This document shows, piece by piece, positions 40,104-50,647 of a DNA stretch of 64,000 bases. The notes under the pieces were generated by a model, which ran no database searches, had not been told where the DNA came from, and was given only the letters and a program-made list of their open reading frames with translations. The stretch comes from an uncultured delta proteobacterium (lineage in GTDB: Bacteria; Desulfobacterota; Desulfobacteria; Desulfobacterales; JAFDCJ01): NCBI GenBank assembly GCA_963769935.1, contig CAVYNY010000011.1, positions 384,001 through 448,000 on the forward strand. The letters run 5' to 3'. The translations under genes were made by a program, and so were the position numbers. How positions within the stretch are numbered: the stretch's first letter is position 1; each line of letters starts with the position of its first letter.

Positions 40104-40781
40104 CTACTTGATTGCTTCCCGGTGTTTGTTTATCGCAGTCACCACATATGGATAAATATGGTCGACAACTTTGCGGTATCCCGCGGCGGTCGGGTGAATT
40201 CCGTCGGGCTGGTTGAGCCCGGGGTCTGCGGCCACCCCGTCCAGGAAAAATGGAATAAAAATGACATCTTCCGACTCGGCCACCTGCGGATAGACGGCTG
40301 CAAAGGCGTTGGTGTACTCCTGGCCCAGGTTCTGGACAATTTTCATGCCTCCCAGCACAACGACTACGTTTTGGTCTTTCAGCGTCTGGATTATCCGGCG
40401 GATGTTGCTTTTGATTAAAGCAGGATCGATGCCGCGAAAACCGTCATTGGCGCCGATAACCAGGATGACGATATCGGGTTTCAAGGTCAGCACCCACTTT
40501 ATGCGCGAAAGCGTTCCGCTGGAAGTTTCGCCGCTGATTCCGGCATTAATGACCCGGTACCGATACCCCTGGTCCTGCAATTTTTTCTCAAGTACAGCCG
40601 GATAGGCAAACTCTTCCTCCACTCCCAGTCCTTCAGTCAGACTGTCGCCGACCGCCACAATGGTGCCCTCATATTTTTCTTTCGAAGGCGCCTGGGGAGG
40701 TGTGCTGCTTTCCTCTCCGCAGCCTTGCGCGATCAGAGTGATTAGCAGGGTGAAGAAAAATATTTTTTTAACAGCGTACAT
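40104..40781 (-). CDS. tesA: GDSL/SGNH arylesterase (TesA-like lipoprotein)
   Basis: GDSLTEG, NAGISGETS, GANDG, DGIHP. Confidence 0.9.
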   Translation of the reverse strand: MYAVKKIFFFTLLITLIAQGCGEESSTPPQAPSKEKYEGTIVAVGDSLTEGLGVEEEFAYPAVLEKKLQDQGYRYRVINAGISGETSSGTLSRIKWVLTLKPDIVILVIGANDGFRGIDPALIKSNIRRIIQTLKDQNVVVVLGGMKIVQNLGQEYTNAFAAVYPQVAESEDVIFIPFFLDGVAADPGLNQPDGIHPTAAGYRKVVDHIYPYVVTAINKHREAIK

Positions 40782-40853
40782 CGCTTTTATTACTTATTAC
40801 GTTTGAGGTTGATTCTAAATTCCGCATTCCGCATTCTGAAATCCGCATTCGAT

Positions 40854-43361
40854 TCACTCCTGGGTCTGCTCCCGTAAAAACACAACCGGTTTTTTGCGCA
40901 GAATGGAAATCGAAGGCACCAAGCCGACACCTACTACCAGCAGAACGGTTGCGGCCATCAGCAGAATACTATCAAAGATAAACGGCTGATACGAAATATG
41001 CAGCACCCGTATGCATATCAGCCAGCTGCCTGCCTGCGATATCAGCAACGCGAGGGCCGCACTTACCAGGCCCAGCACAATATTTTCAAGCGTGAATACG
41101 CCGGCCACAAATGTGCCTCTGGCTCCCAGGATTTTATAATAGACGGCCTCCTGGATCCGGGCGTAACGGGTGGCCAATATCGAGCTGAGAATAATCAGGA
41201 TGCCGGCCGCCATGCTGAAGGCGGCAAAAAAGCGGATAATCAGCGACAGCTTGTTGACAACCGCGGTAAAAACCGTGAGCAATTCAGTCGTATCAATCAC
41301 GCTTACGTTCGGAAACCTTTCGACTATTTTTGTTTGCAGGGCCGATATCTGCTGTTTGGCGACCCTGACGGCGGTAAAAATGGTTTGGGGCGCATCGTGC
41401 AGGGTGTTTTCCGGGAATACAAAATAGAAAAACGGGCTGATCGACTCATGAGTGCGGGAGCGAATGCTTGAGATCCGGGCCTGCAGCGGCACGCCCTGGA
41501 TCTTGAAGGTGATGCGATCCCCGATATTCATCCGCCGGATGTCGGCTACCGTATCCATGACGGAGACCTGGAGATCGTCCCAGTCTTTCCGGAACAGGTT
41601 CTTTCCTTTTACAATGACTTCATCCGCCAGCAGGTGGTTGCGATAGGTGAGATTAAACGTGCGGGCCAGATTGTCACCGCGCCGCCGCCGTTCCTGCCGA
41701 CGGCTTATTTTATCGCCGTTGACGGACAAAATTTTCGCCCGGATAATCGGATAGTACTCCGCTCTGATCCCCAGTGTTTTTTTAAATTCAGCCAGCTGGG
41801 ACGGTTGAATGTCCAGAAAGAAAACATTCGGGGCGTCTTCAGGATAGGACCGGATAAAGTTTTCATCCAGGTTTTGCTCGATTAAATAGATGGCAAAAAT
41901 TACGCCCAGCGAGGCCGTCAGGGTAATAATGATCGGGTGGGTGGCGTTTTTGGGCCGAAACAAGCCCTTGATCGCCTGGCGGATCAACAGGGAGCGGACC
42001 CGGGTGCGTTTGAGCACAGACAAAACCGCTGCGGTCAAAAGTGCGGCGGTGACGATCAGCACGATAACTCCCAGTACAAAATTCAGTGCGGTTTTGAGTT
42101 CTTTGACCTGCCAGAATACCAGCAGCAGAGAAAAGCCGAAGATTAAAAAAGCGCTCAGATAAATGGGCAATCCCGTTTTTGAGCGAATGCGCTCCTTGCG
42201 GAAAATGATGACCGGCTTGATGTCTTTTAACCGATGCAGGGGTATAAAAGAGAATAGTCCGACCACCAGCACCCCCAGGCAAAGTCCTTCCAAAACGGCC
42301 TGCCAGGAAACAATCAGGGATACATTGGCAGGTAAAAGGCCTTTGAAAAGAACAGTCAACGCGTACTGGAGAAAAAGTCCGGCGAGCAGCCCGATAAGCG
42401 TTCCCGCCAGACCGAGAATCGAGAGGATAAAAATGTAGTGGCGGGTAATGAAACTGCTCCTGGCACCCACGGTCTTCATGACGGCAATGGTTTTTTCTTT
42501 TTCCTTTAAAAAGGCCGTCAGCGCACTCTGGATGCCGATACCGGCTAAGAGAAGCGTAAAGATGCTGATCAGACTCAGGAAAAAAAAGAGGTTGTCAAAA
42601 AAACGTTTGATGCGGGAACTCGCCGTGCGGTATGTTTCGACGCGTTCCTGATCCGGATCGGCGGCAGCCTTCAATCGATCTGCAATCTGCTGTATTCTGG
42701 CTTCATCCAGGACTTTGATCAGGCAGCGGAATTCAACCCGGCTTCCTTTTTTGACCAGATCCAACGCCGCGAGATCGTCGGCCGCAATAAAAATACGGGG
42801 GCCCAGCAGGAAAAGATTGACCGGCTGGTCCGGTTCCTGAAGGACAACATCCTTAATTATCAGAGTTGTACTGCCGATGTGCAATGCGTCTCCCACCTGC
42901 AAATGGAGGCGGTCGAGCAGGCTCTGGGCCACGATAATATTGCCCGGGGTGAGAACGCTTACGAAATCACGCCCTGACTTCAGCACCACTTTGCCGTAAT
43001 ACGGATATCCCGGCTGCACAACTTTGAGCTTTGCCAGCAATGAATTCCGGCTTTTTTGACTGCGCACGACGGAATAAAACTCCCAGACCCGGCTGCTGCG
43101 AATCAGGTTTTGATCCTCAAGCCGCGCAACCAGATTGATCACAGACGATGTCAGGTCAAAATAGGATTCGATGATGATATCGGACGCATGCAGGGTCTTG
43201 GCATCATTGAGCATGGAAGAGTTAACACTGGCGGAAAACCCGTTCAGGGAGATGAGGGTAACGATGGACAGGGCCACACACAGCACAAATACCATCGCCT
43301 GGCGGCGGGAGTGTGCGATCTGGCGGACAATGAAATGTCGATGTAGATATCCGTTGGGCAT
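40854..43361 (-). CDS. ybbP: YbbP-like FtsX-family ABC permease
   Basis: Duplicated MacB/FtsX architecture, GYPYYG, IAVMKTVGA, PNVFFLDIQP; synteny with ybbA/tesA. Confidence 0.85.
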   Translation of the reverse strand: MPNGYLHRHFIVRQIAHSRRQAMVFVLCVALSIVTLISLNGFSASVNSSMLNDAKTLHASDIIIESYFDLTSSVINLVARLEDQNLIRSSRVWEFYSVVRSQKSRNSLLAKLKVVQPGYPYYGKVVLKSGRDFVSVLTPGNIIVAQSLLDRLHLQVGDALHIGSTTLIIKDVVLQEPDQPVNLFLLGPRIFIAADDLAALDLVKKGSRVEFRCLIKVLDEARIQQIADRLKAAADPDQERVETYRTASSRIKRFFDNLFFFLSLISIFTLLLAGIGIQSALTAFLKEKEKTIAVMKTVGARSSFITRHYIFILSILGLAGTLIGLLAGLFLQYALTVLFKGLLPANVSLIVSWQAVLEGLCLGVLVVGLFSFIPLHRLKDIKPVIIFRKERIRSKTGLPIYLSAFLIFGFSLLLVFWQVKELKTALNFVLGVIVLIVTAALLTAAVLSVLKRTRVRSLLIRQAIKGLFRPKNATHPIIITLTASLGVIFAIYLIEQNLDENFIRSYPEDAPNVFFLDIQPSQLAEFKKTLGIRAEYYPIIRAKILSVNGDKISRRQERRRRGDNLARTFNLTYRNHLLADEVIVKGKNLFRKDWDDLQVSVMDTVADIRRMNIGDRITFKIQGVPLQARISSIRSRTHESISPFFYFVFPENTLHDAPQTIFTAVRVAKQQISALQTKIVERFPNVSVIDTTELLTVFTAVVNKLSLIIRFFAAFSMAAGILIILSSILATRYARIQEAVYYKILGARGTFVAGVFTLENIVLGLVSAALALLISQAGSWLICIRVLHISYQPFIFDSILLMAATVLLVVGVGLVPSISILRKKPVVFLREQTQE

Positions 43362-43508
43362 ATTGGTGTCTTCAGGTGTCGGGCCTTGTTTTAGCTCGCA
43401 GGGTAATGAAAAGTTAAGTTGACAATATAAATATCCGATCGGAGTTTCAAGTGTCAGCCTTGCACAGCCGGCAAAGTTTTAATTAAAAATTCAAATGTAA
43501 ATAGGGAT

Positions 43509-43760
43509 AAATCTCAAGTTCCAAGCACCAAATCCCAAATAAATCCTAAATCACAATAATTAATGACCGAAACAGACTAAACCAGGAAAATGTCGCGGTT
43601 CTATTTTTCGTTTCTTGGCGCTGTTGTAATTGCGAGTTAAATAGATCTTGTATGTATTGAATGTAATCGCCAAAAACCGCTGCATGCCTCTGGTTGGAAT
43701 TTTGAATTTTGGTCATTGGAATTTGTTTGAGATCTGTTATTTGGAATTTGTAATTTTTAG
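43509..43760. repeat. Palindromic intergenic element, family B
   Basis: ttccaagcaccaaatcccaaataaatcc..aatgaccgaaacagactaaaccagg ... ttggaattttgaattttggtcattggaatttgtttg. Confidence 0.85.
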
Positions 43761-43814
43761 TGCTCTCGGCCACCAAAATTCCTATATGAATATGCCAGCC
43801 TGAACCACCCCATC

Positions 43815-44486
43815 TCATGTGTTTGGAACGAGTTGCCCGTCTTTGAGTATTATCATGCGGTCTGCAATTCTGGCGATATCGATGCTGTGAGTCACCAGAA
43901 CCAGCGTGGTCCGGCGTTCCCTTTGAAATTCAAGCAGTAAATCCAGCACCGCTTTGCCGTTTTCAGTATCCAGGTTGCCGGTGGGTTCATCGGCAAAAAT
44001 AATTTTAGGATCGTTGATAACCGCCCGGCACATGGCTACGCGCTGCATTTCACCCCCGGAGAGCTGGTGCGGATAGTTGTCGCCGCGTTGCTGCAGGCCG
44101 ACGCGATGCAGCAGGTCGGCAGCTTTACCATAAGCCCGTGGATCATGCTTGAGTTCGGCCGGGAACATAACATTTTCCAGGGCTGTCAGGGATGGCACCA
44201 GATGAAAGGATTGGAAGACAAAACCGATGAATTCATTTCTCAACGGAGCGAGGTCATCTTCGCTGATATCGGTGATATCCCTGTCTGCAAGCAATACGCG
44301 GCCGGACGAGGGCTTGTCAAGGCCCGAGAGCAGGCTCAGCAGGGTTGTCTTGCCGCTGCCGCTGCTGCCTTCCACCACTAAAAATTCACCTCCGGCTACG
44401 GCAAGCGAGACATTGTCCAGGACCCTAATTTCACGGTCACCGATGGTGTAGGTTTTGGTAATATTTTTAGCCTCGACAACAGCCAT
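43815..44486 (-). CDS. ybbA: YbbA/LolD-like ABC ATP-binding protein
   Basis: [29 protein letters not shown]. Start moved to ATG 44486. Confidence 0.88.
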   Translation of the reverse strand: MAVVEAKNITKTYTIGDREIRVLDNVSLAVAGGEFLVVEGSSGSGKTTLLSLLSGLDKPSSGRVLLADRDITDISEDDLAPLRNEFIGFVFQSFHLVPSLTALENVMFPAELKHDPRAYGKAADLLHRVGLQQRGDNYPHQLSGGEMQRVAMCRAVINDPKIIFADEPTGNLDTENGKAVLDLLLEFQRERRTTLVLVTHSIDIARIADRMIILKDGQLVPNT

Positions 44487-44800
44487 CGTGTCAATCCTCA
44501 AAAGAAAAGCAGAGTGCAGCAGACTCTGCCCCATTGCTCTTCCGTAATACTCTCGACTCAACAAATCGGGTTTTGGGACGAACCGCCGGACCCTGAATCC
44601 GAGAATTGATCAAAAGTAAGCACGCATCTTAAACCGATCAACCCCGCCAGAGAACCGGAATTTTTCATCGATATGATTGGAGCTAGGGCGGACGGCTTGA
44701 CAATGCCGCCCTGAGATCTATCCTAATCTATAAATGTACTTTTTGTATTAATTGTAAAGAAATCGCGGCTAAGACTAACAGGATTTAAGGGAGCAAATCG

Positions 44801-45325
44801 ATGAAGCACAAAATCTTATTGTTATTTTTTTGCCTCTTGCTGGCGGTTGGCTCAGCGTATGCCGAAGAAGCAGTGGTGCAGATGCACCTGACCGGCACTG
44901 CGGGTGCGGGCGATAATATTGGTACGATCAGGGCGTCGGACAGCCCTTATGGAACGTTATTCACACCCGACCTCAAGGGCCTGGCCCCCGGCTTGCACGG
45001 ATTTCATGTTCATCAAAATCCAAGCTGTGATCCCCAGGAGAAAGACGGCCGGATGGTGCCGGGGCTGGCGGCCGGTGGACACTATGACCCCGCAGGAACG
45101 GGCAAACACGAAGGCCCGTACGGAGACGGGCATTTAGGTGATTTGCCCGCCTTATACGTCGACGCCGCGGGCCAAGCCGTCCATCCGGTGCTGGCGCCGC
45201 GCATCAAGGTATCCGATCTCAAGGGTCGTTCGCTGATGATCCATGCCGGCGGAGACAATTACTCCGATCAACCGGCACCGCTGGGCGGCGGCGGCGCCAG
45301 GATTGCGTGCGGCGTGGTTAAATAG
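44801..45325 (+). CDS. sodC: Periplasmic Cu/Zn superoxide dismutase
   Basis: Signal peptide, [45 protein letters not shown]16-TATCCT upstream (44697-44724). Confidence 0.95.
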   Translation: MKHKILLLFFCLLLAVGSAYAEEAVVQMHLTGTAGAGDNIGTIRASDSPYGTLFTPDLKGLAPGLHGFHVHQNPSCDPQEKDGRMVPGLAAGGHYDPAGTGKHEGPYGDGHLGDLPALYVDAAGQAVHPVLAPRIKVSDLKGRSLMIHAGGDNYSDQPAPLGGGGARIACGVVK

Positions 45326-45344
45326 GCCTCGGCCCGGATCGCCG

Positions 45345-46808
45345 TCAGTCATCGTTTTTGCGGTTAATTGCCTGCGACAGCTTTTCACCGAGGGATCCTA
45401 TAGAGGATCTCTCGTCACCGGTAAATTTCTGCCAGTTGCGTTCGTCTTCTGTGTTGCCGGGTGCCAGAGTTATTTTACGGTTAGCGGTATCGATGACCTC
45501 TATGATCACCGGGATTGAGCCGCCTTCCTTTAACTTTTCGAACTCCGAGGATTTTTGCCCGCGGCTGATTTTCGATTTTGGCAGCAGCCCGGTGATGCCG
45601 GGCGCCAGGGTGATAAAAAAACCGAATTTTTCCTTTTTTTCAAGCACGCCTTCCAGGGATTGGCCGACAGCAAATTTTTCCTCAACGTCTATCCAGGGAT
45701 CGCCGGCAGCATCCCGAAGGCTTAAAGACAGGCGTCTTTTTGCCATATCAATTTCTTTGATGATGACCGAGACGGTCTCGCCGGCGCTGACAATGTCCTC
45801 AGGTTTCAGGACCCGTTTGGTATAACTCATCTCACTGATATGGACCAGTCCCTCAATGCCGGGGGCAACTTCCACGAAAGCGCCGAAATTGGCGCAGCGC
45901 GTGACTTTTCCCAGGATTTTGTCCCCTTCGTTAAATTGCCGGTCGGCCGTGTCCCAGGGATCAGCGGTGAGCTTTTTCATCGACAGGCTGATTTTCAGCA
46001 TACCGGGTTTTTTATCCGGCTCGATGCCGATAACTTTGACCCGCACAACATCGCCAATTTTGACGACGTCTTCCGGCTTGGCGACTTTTGACCAGCCGAG
46101 TTCGGATACATGCACCATGCCTTCCACCCCGTCCGACAGCTTCACAAAAACACCGTAGGGCATTGTTCGGGTAACCCGGCCTTCCATGACCCTGTCCACC
46201 TTCAATTTTTTATAAAATTCCTGGCGGGACTTTTCCTGTTGCCTGGCCAGCAGTGCACGCCTAGAAACAACAATATTTTTCCCCCTTTCTTCCAGGGTTA
46301 TAATTAAAAACTCCAGGGTCTGGCCGACGAAATCGGATGGCTCCTTGACAAAATTGATGTCCACTTGACTGATCGGACAAAATGCTCTTCGTTGCAGGAT
46401 TTCGACATGAAAACCACCTTTGCACGTGGCGGTGATTTTACCTTCCACCGGTGCCGCCTTGGCATAGGCCTCCTTTAACATCTCAATGCCGCCGATCCCC
46501 GACAAGGCTTTTGACAGCCGGATCTCCTCATCGGTTACCGCCACAACATACAGGTCCAGCATGTCGCCTTCTTCAACGGTCAGCTGCTGATTCTCATCTA
46601 ATAATTCGGCCTTGTCCACCACGCCGTCTATCTTGGTGCCGGTGTCGACAAAGACAGAATCCTTGCCGATGGAAATAATCTTGCCGTGAATTTTGTCGCC
46701 GATACTAATATCAGCGTCCATGCCGGGGCTATAAGCATCCAACAGCGCGGCAAAACTTTCTTCTTTTTCTTCCGCATTGTCATCATTATTATTTATATTT
46801 TCCGTCAT
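45345..46808 (-). CDS. rpsA: Ribosomal protein S1-like protein (about five S1 domains; probable paralog)
   Basis: ESFAALL, AFCPISQ, YGVFV..EGMVHVSEL, FGAFV..EGLVHISEM, SLGEKL. Confidence 0.85.
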   Translation of the reverse strand: MTENINNNDDNAEEKEESFAALLDAYSPGMDADISIGDKIHGKIISIGKDSVFVDTGTKIDGVVDKAELLDENQQLTVEEGDMLDLYVVAVTDEEIRLSKALSGIGGIEMLKEAYAKAAPVEGKITATCKGGFHVEILQRRAFCPISQVDINFVKEPSDFVGQTLEFLIITLEERGKNIVVSRRALLARQQEKSRQEFYKKLKVDRVMEGRVTRTMPYGVFVKLSDGVEGMVHVSELGWSKVAKPEDVVKIGDVVRVKVIGIEPDKKPGMLKISLSMKKLTADPWDTADRQFNEGDKILGKVTRCANFGAFVEVAPGIEGLVHISEMSYTKRVLKPEDIVSAGETVSVIIKEIDMAKRRLSLSLRDAAGDPWIDVEEKFAVGQSLEGVLEKKEKFGFFITLAPGITGLLPKSKISRGQKSSEFEKLKEGGSIPVIIEVIDTANRKITLAPGNTEDERNWQKFTGDERSSIGSLGEKLSQAINRKNDD

Positions 46809-46932
46809 TCTTCAGGCTCCTTTTTGGATTCAATAGATCGATACTGCTTGGAACTAGGCAGGGGGATTTATTCTTTTCAAGAAGATATTACAACAATTAT
46901 TTTTGATTGGAATATTTATGTTCATCGTGGAT

Positions 46933-46959
46933 ATAGGATTGACAAAATGTCGATCCTAT
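46933..46959. promoter_or_regulatory. Operator-like inverted repeat overlapping a TTGACA -35 box
   Basis: ATAGGATTGACA-AAA-TGTCGATCCTAT (11 of 12 positions symmetric). Confidence 0.6.
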
Positions 46960-47101
46960 TATAAATATCATTATAAATCGAACAGTTATCATCCGCCCTT
47001 TTGTTGCCGTACAAAACCCGGTCCCTGGGGCGAAGATGGGAAATATTGGCAAATTCAGGAATCGATTTTTCCGACTACTATCCGTATTACCAGGAGTCAG
47101 G

Positions 47102-47908
47102 ATGAAACGCGACGATGGTTATTTGATGGAAGGTGACGACGAGGCTTTGCGTCTGGATATCAAGACCGATGCCGGGCTGGTTGAAGAGCAGGCTTTATGG
47201 GCCGGCATCAAACCCGGCATGCGGATTGCCGATCTGGGATGCGGGGCCGGCAAGACCACTTTTCATTTGAACCGTTTGGTGCAACCAGACGGACATACCG
47301 TCGGTGTCGATATCGGCAAACAGCGGATTGAATATGCCCGAAAACATTACAGTGATGAAGGAATCGAGTATGTGGTCCGTGACATTCGCCAACCGCTCGA
47401 TCGGCTGGGCTCCTTTGATTTTATCTGGGTCCGCTTTGTGCTCGAATACTATTCGAAAGAAAGCGCTGAAATCGTAAAAAACATCTCCCAAAACCTCAAA
47501 CCAGGTGGAATCCTGTGTCTGATTGATCTGGATTGCAACTGCCTGCGCAATTTCGGACTCTCACAGCGGCTGGAAAACGCCATGGTCCAAATTATGAAAA
47601 ACCTGGAAACCAATTTTAATTTTGACCCTTATGTCGGCCTAAAGTTTTATTCTTATGTTTTCGATCTGGGCTTTGAAGAAATTGATGTCAAAGTCACCCC
47701 TCATAACCTTATTTACGGGGATTTAAGGGAAAAAGACGCTTTCAACTGGACCAAAAAGGTGGAAATTGCCGCCCGGCACTCAGGATTTCATTTTGATGAA
47801 TATGACGGCGGTTATGAGGAATTTTTTGAGGAGTTTAAACAATATTTTTCCAGTCCGCGCCGGTTCACTTACACCCCGATGATCTGGTGTCGGGCGCGGC
47901 GGCCTTAG
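47102..47908 (+). CDS. Class I SAM-dependent methyltransferase
   Basis: IADLGCGAG, GVD, FDFIWVRFVLEY, LKPGG. ATG 47102 has an AGGAG RBS. Confidence 0.88.
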   Translation: MKRDDGYLMEGDDEALRLDIKTDAGLVEEQALWAGIKPGMRIADLGCGAGKTTFHLNRLVQPDGHTVGVDIGKQRIEYARKHYSDEGIEYVVRDIRQPLDRLGSFDFIWVRFVLEYYSKESAEIVKNISQNLKPGGILCLIDLDCNCLRNFGLSQRLENAMVQIMKNLETNFNFDPYVGLKFYSYVFDLGFEEIDVKVTPHNLIYGDLREKDAFNWTKKVEIAARHSGFHFDEYDGGYEEFFEEFKQYFSSPRRFTYTPMIWCRARRP

Positions 47909-47935
47909 GATCCAGACCTGCGGTTGAATACGGTT

Positions 47936-50089
47936 TTAAACAAACCGCAGCAGGCGCTTCAAATATCTGAAGTACTCATCTGAATACTGCAGACTGCAGA
48001 CCCACAGGTTATATATCTTCTCGTAAGCGATTTCATTTTCATCGGCAAAGGCGGCCGGAAATAGCAGCGCCGGAAAATCATTCTTTCCGGTAATCCGGGC
48101 TACGGAGCCGATCGCTGTCTGCAATAGGTCGGCAGTTAACCCTCCTGAATCCGTTACGAAGACTTTGACACAATTTGTGATATCAGACAGGTTCAAGCCG
48201 ACGTCGGATGTGTTCGCCATGAAGATCGCCTTCAGGTTGCCGTTTTGCTTCAGCGAGTAGAGCTGGCGCACTCTGGTCAAGCCCGCCTGCCTGTAATTTT
48301 GACTGAGATCGTCGCAATCTAATTTGTCCGGCGTTAAGTCGATTGCATCCAGCATCAGCCCACCGGAAGTATGTTCATAAAAGTCGGCCAGTTCCAGAAG
48401 GTCGTCCGCGTTTGTTTCAGTTATCCGCCAGTCGGGGGGCAAATCCGACGATGAACCGGTTGAGGGGCGGAAGTGAAAATAGGCGAACCCGTCCAGGGAA
48501 CAGCCCTTGGGGTCTTTTATGCTATTGGCGGCGCCGCCGAAAACCCGGCTGGGAAATTTGTTGTCCGGCCGATAATAGCAGATCATATAATCCATATGCA
48601 GCGAATAGAGGCGATGGGAGTCATTGATCATGCGTCCGATCTGGTCCAGAACGATCAGCCCGGCCTTATTTAAAGACGATTTTCTGGCGGCATGATGATG
48701 AATCATCCAGGCGCTTTCATAAAAGCGCAACATGGCCATGTGGCCGAATATGGTTCCCTTGTCCTGGTAGATGAAATGCCGGGCAATTTGGGGGTTGCGG
48801 GTGTAGATCTTGGCATAGGTTTCTTTTATCTGCTTTTTATTTTTCTGAATCGCGACATATTTATCGGGATAGATAAATCCGGTCTCAAAAAAGAAATCCC
48901 ACAGCGCATCGAGATCGACATCGTTGCAGATATACGAATTTTTGTTTTTGGTCTGATGAAGCAAGGAGATGAGCTTCAGATGATCCTGAATATCCATATC
49001 CAACAGGGCCAGGCCGCATTTGACCCACTTTTGCCCGCTGGAGGCTATCATGGCTTTACGAAAAACTACCTGGGTGCTGCACTTGATTTTGTAGCTGTCG
49101 GCAAAACTCAGTTCCAGCTCCGGCAAGATCATGCCCGGCAGCAACGCCGTGTTGCTTTCATCTTCTTCTACCGAAAATCCGGACCCGGACAAATCCACAA
49201 CCTTAAGATCGATTCTCGCTTTGGTGAATGGATGTTGAAATACGATGTTGGGCGAAGGCGTTATTTCATAGCGCTCGCTGCGGAACTCCTTGTGTTTGAA
49301 ACGATGAATTTCCTTCTTGAGAGGCTCGAGAATGTAGTTGCGGATGCTGTTGCCGCGGGTATACCGGATAACTTTACATTCACCGGAGTAATAGGTGACG
49401 GTCCGGTCCGACAGGATGATGTTGACCGGATGTTCCGAGTTCATCCAATCAAATGTCTGGGGCGGAACGGCATTAATTTTAACCCGAAACGAAAAGCCGT
49501 TGAAATCCATCAGAGAGCCGTTGAAGACGGTACTGTTCTGCATTAGTTGTACATTGATGCCTTCACAGGCATGGCGTGTGACTCGGCGGGAAGTGTTCTC
49601 ATAGCACGCTTCCGGCAACAGAAGGCTGATGCTTTCACTGTCAATTCTGACCAATTCAGCCTCGACCTTCAGCAGCTTGCGGCCGTTGGTAATCAGCAGA
49701 TTGCTGAAGGCGTAAGACTGAATAATCTGAGTTATATTTTTGTCTTCGGACCACAGGCAGTCGACCAGATCTCCCGCGCAGGGCTGGGGCGTGGCTTTGA
49801 GGGTAATGGTTTTATCGTATTTGAGGTGGCTGAAGCTAATCAGAACGGTGTCGTCCTGGAAATTAATGTAATTCAGCTTGTTGATGAGCTGGGCTTTGCT
49901 GACCTTTTTCCCTCTGTTATCCGGTCTCTCCTTCCCGGGCAGCTGATGGATGACGGCAGGCGACCCTGCTATGTCCTGGCTGCGCGCGGTTAGGGCGGCA
50001 AGAGCTGAAATCGGTGTGCGTACGGTTTCCCGGCGGCTAACATCGGTGTGCAATTCGATAACGTGGGGGGTTTTCTTTGCGCTCTCCAT
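47936..50089 (-). CDS. Multi-PilZ-domain protein with an uncharacterised C-terminal domain
   Basis: RRVTRH..DFNGFSF and RSERY..DLSGSGF PilZ-like motifs; ~330-aa C-terminal domain (LWDFFFETGFIYP..HHHAA). Confidence 0.7.
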   Translation of the reverse strand: MESAKKTPHVIELHTDVSRRETVRTPISALAALTARSQDIAGSPAVIHQLPGKERPDNRGKKVSKAQLINKLNYINFQDDTVLISFSHLKYDKTITLKATPQPCAGDLVDCLWSEDKNITQIIQSYAFSNLLITNGRKLLKVEAELVRIDSESISLLLPEACYENTSRRVTRHACEGINVQLMQNSTVFNGSLMDFNGFSFRVKINAVPPQTFDWMNSEHPVNIILSDRTVTYYSGECKVIRYTRGNSIRNYILEPLKKEIHRFKHKEFRSERYEITPSPNIVFQHPFTKARIDLKVVDLSGSGFSVEEDESNTALLPGMILPELELSFADSYKIKCSTQVVFRKAMIASSGQKWVKCGLALLDMDIQDHLKLISLLHQTKNKNSYICNDVDLDALWDFFFETGFIYPDKYVAIQKNKKQIKETYAKIYTRNPQIARHFIYQDKGTIFGHMAMLRFYESAWMIHHHAARKSSLNKAGLIVLDQIGRMINDSHRLYSLHMDYMICYYRPDNKFPSRVFGGAANSIKDPKGCSLDGFAYFHFRPSTGSSSDLPPDWRITETNADDLLELADFYEHTSGGLMLDAIDLTPDKLDCDDLSQNYRQAGLTRVRQLYSLKQNGNLKAIFMANTSDVGLNLSDITNCVKVFVTDSGGLTADLLQTAIGSVARITGKNDFPALLFPAAFADENEIAYEKIYNLWVCSLQYSDEYFRYLKRLLRFV

Positions 50090-50647
50090 GTCTTAACCTC
50101 ACGGGCTTGGGGTTAACTGCAGCGGATGGCGAATTTGGGTTTCCGAATGTCAGCGTCTGCGATCAGGAAAAATTGCTTGTCAATACCGTTCAGATACAGG
50201 ATTAGAATTACGTTTTATGCCAATTCCGAGGTCTACATTGCTATTTAAGTTCACGCTTGCATTTAAAATATAACAAAAGGCATGTCAATAGAAATATGCT
50301 AAAAACCTGAAATTATATACTAAATTATATTTAGTAACTGATTTCAGCCGGGAGGCAAGAAAACTTTATAAAATGAATATTATTTAGCGACTGAAGCGAA
50401 TATTTCGCTCCAGCGTGCAAGCCGATAAGTCTTTGCTGTTATTCAGATGACTCAAATTCAGTTACTGAAATTGATGCCGAAGACAGCGCATGCTGAAATA
50501 GCCACTCCGGAAATCCGGGTTGGTTGCCTTTTTGCAGATCGGATTTATATTTTACCTAAAAAGGAAACTGCAATACAAATGAATAAGGCCGCTGGTTGAG
50601 GGAGCCGGCCGCCTTCATTTCATACCGAATCGAAAGGAAATTGATGG

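Noticed and set aside
50421..50428. GCCGATAA as a sigma28 -10 box upstream of htpX
   Set aside because: No TAAA/TCAA -35 element 15 nt upstream.
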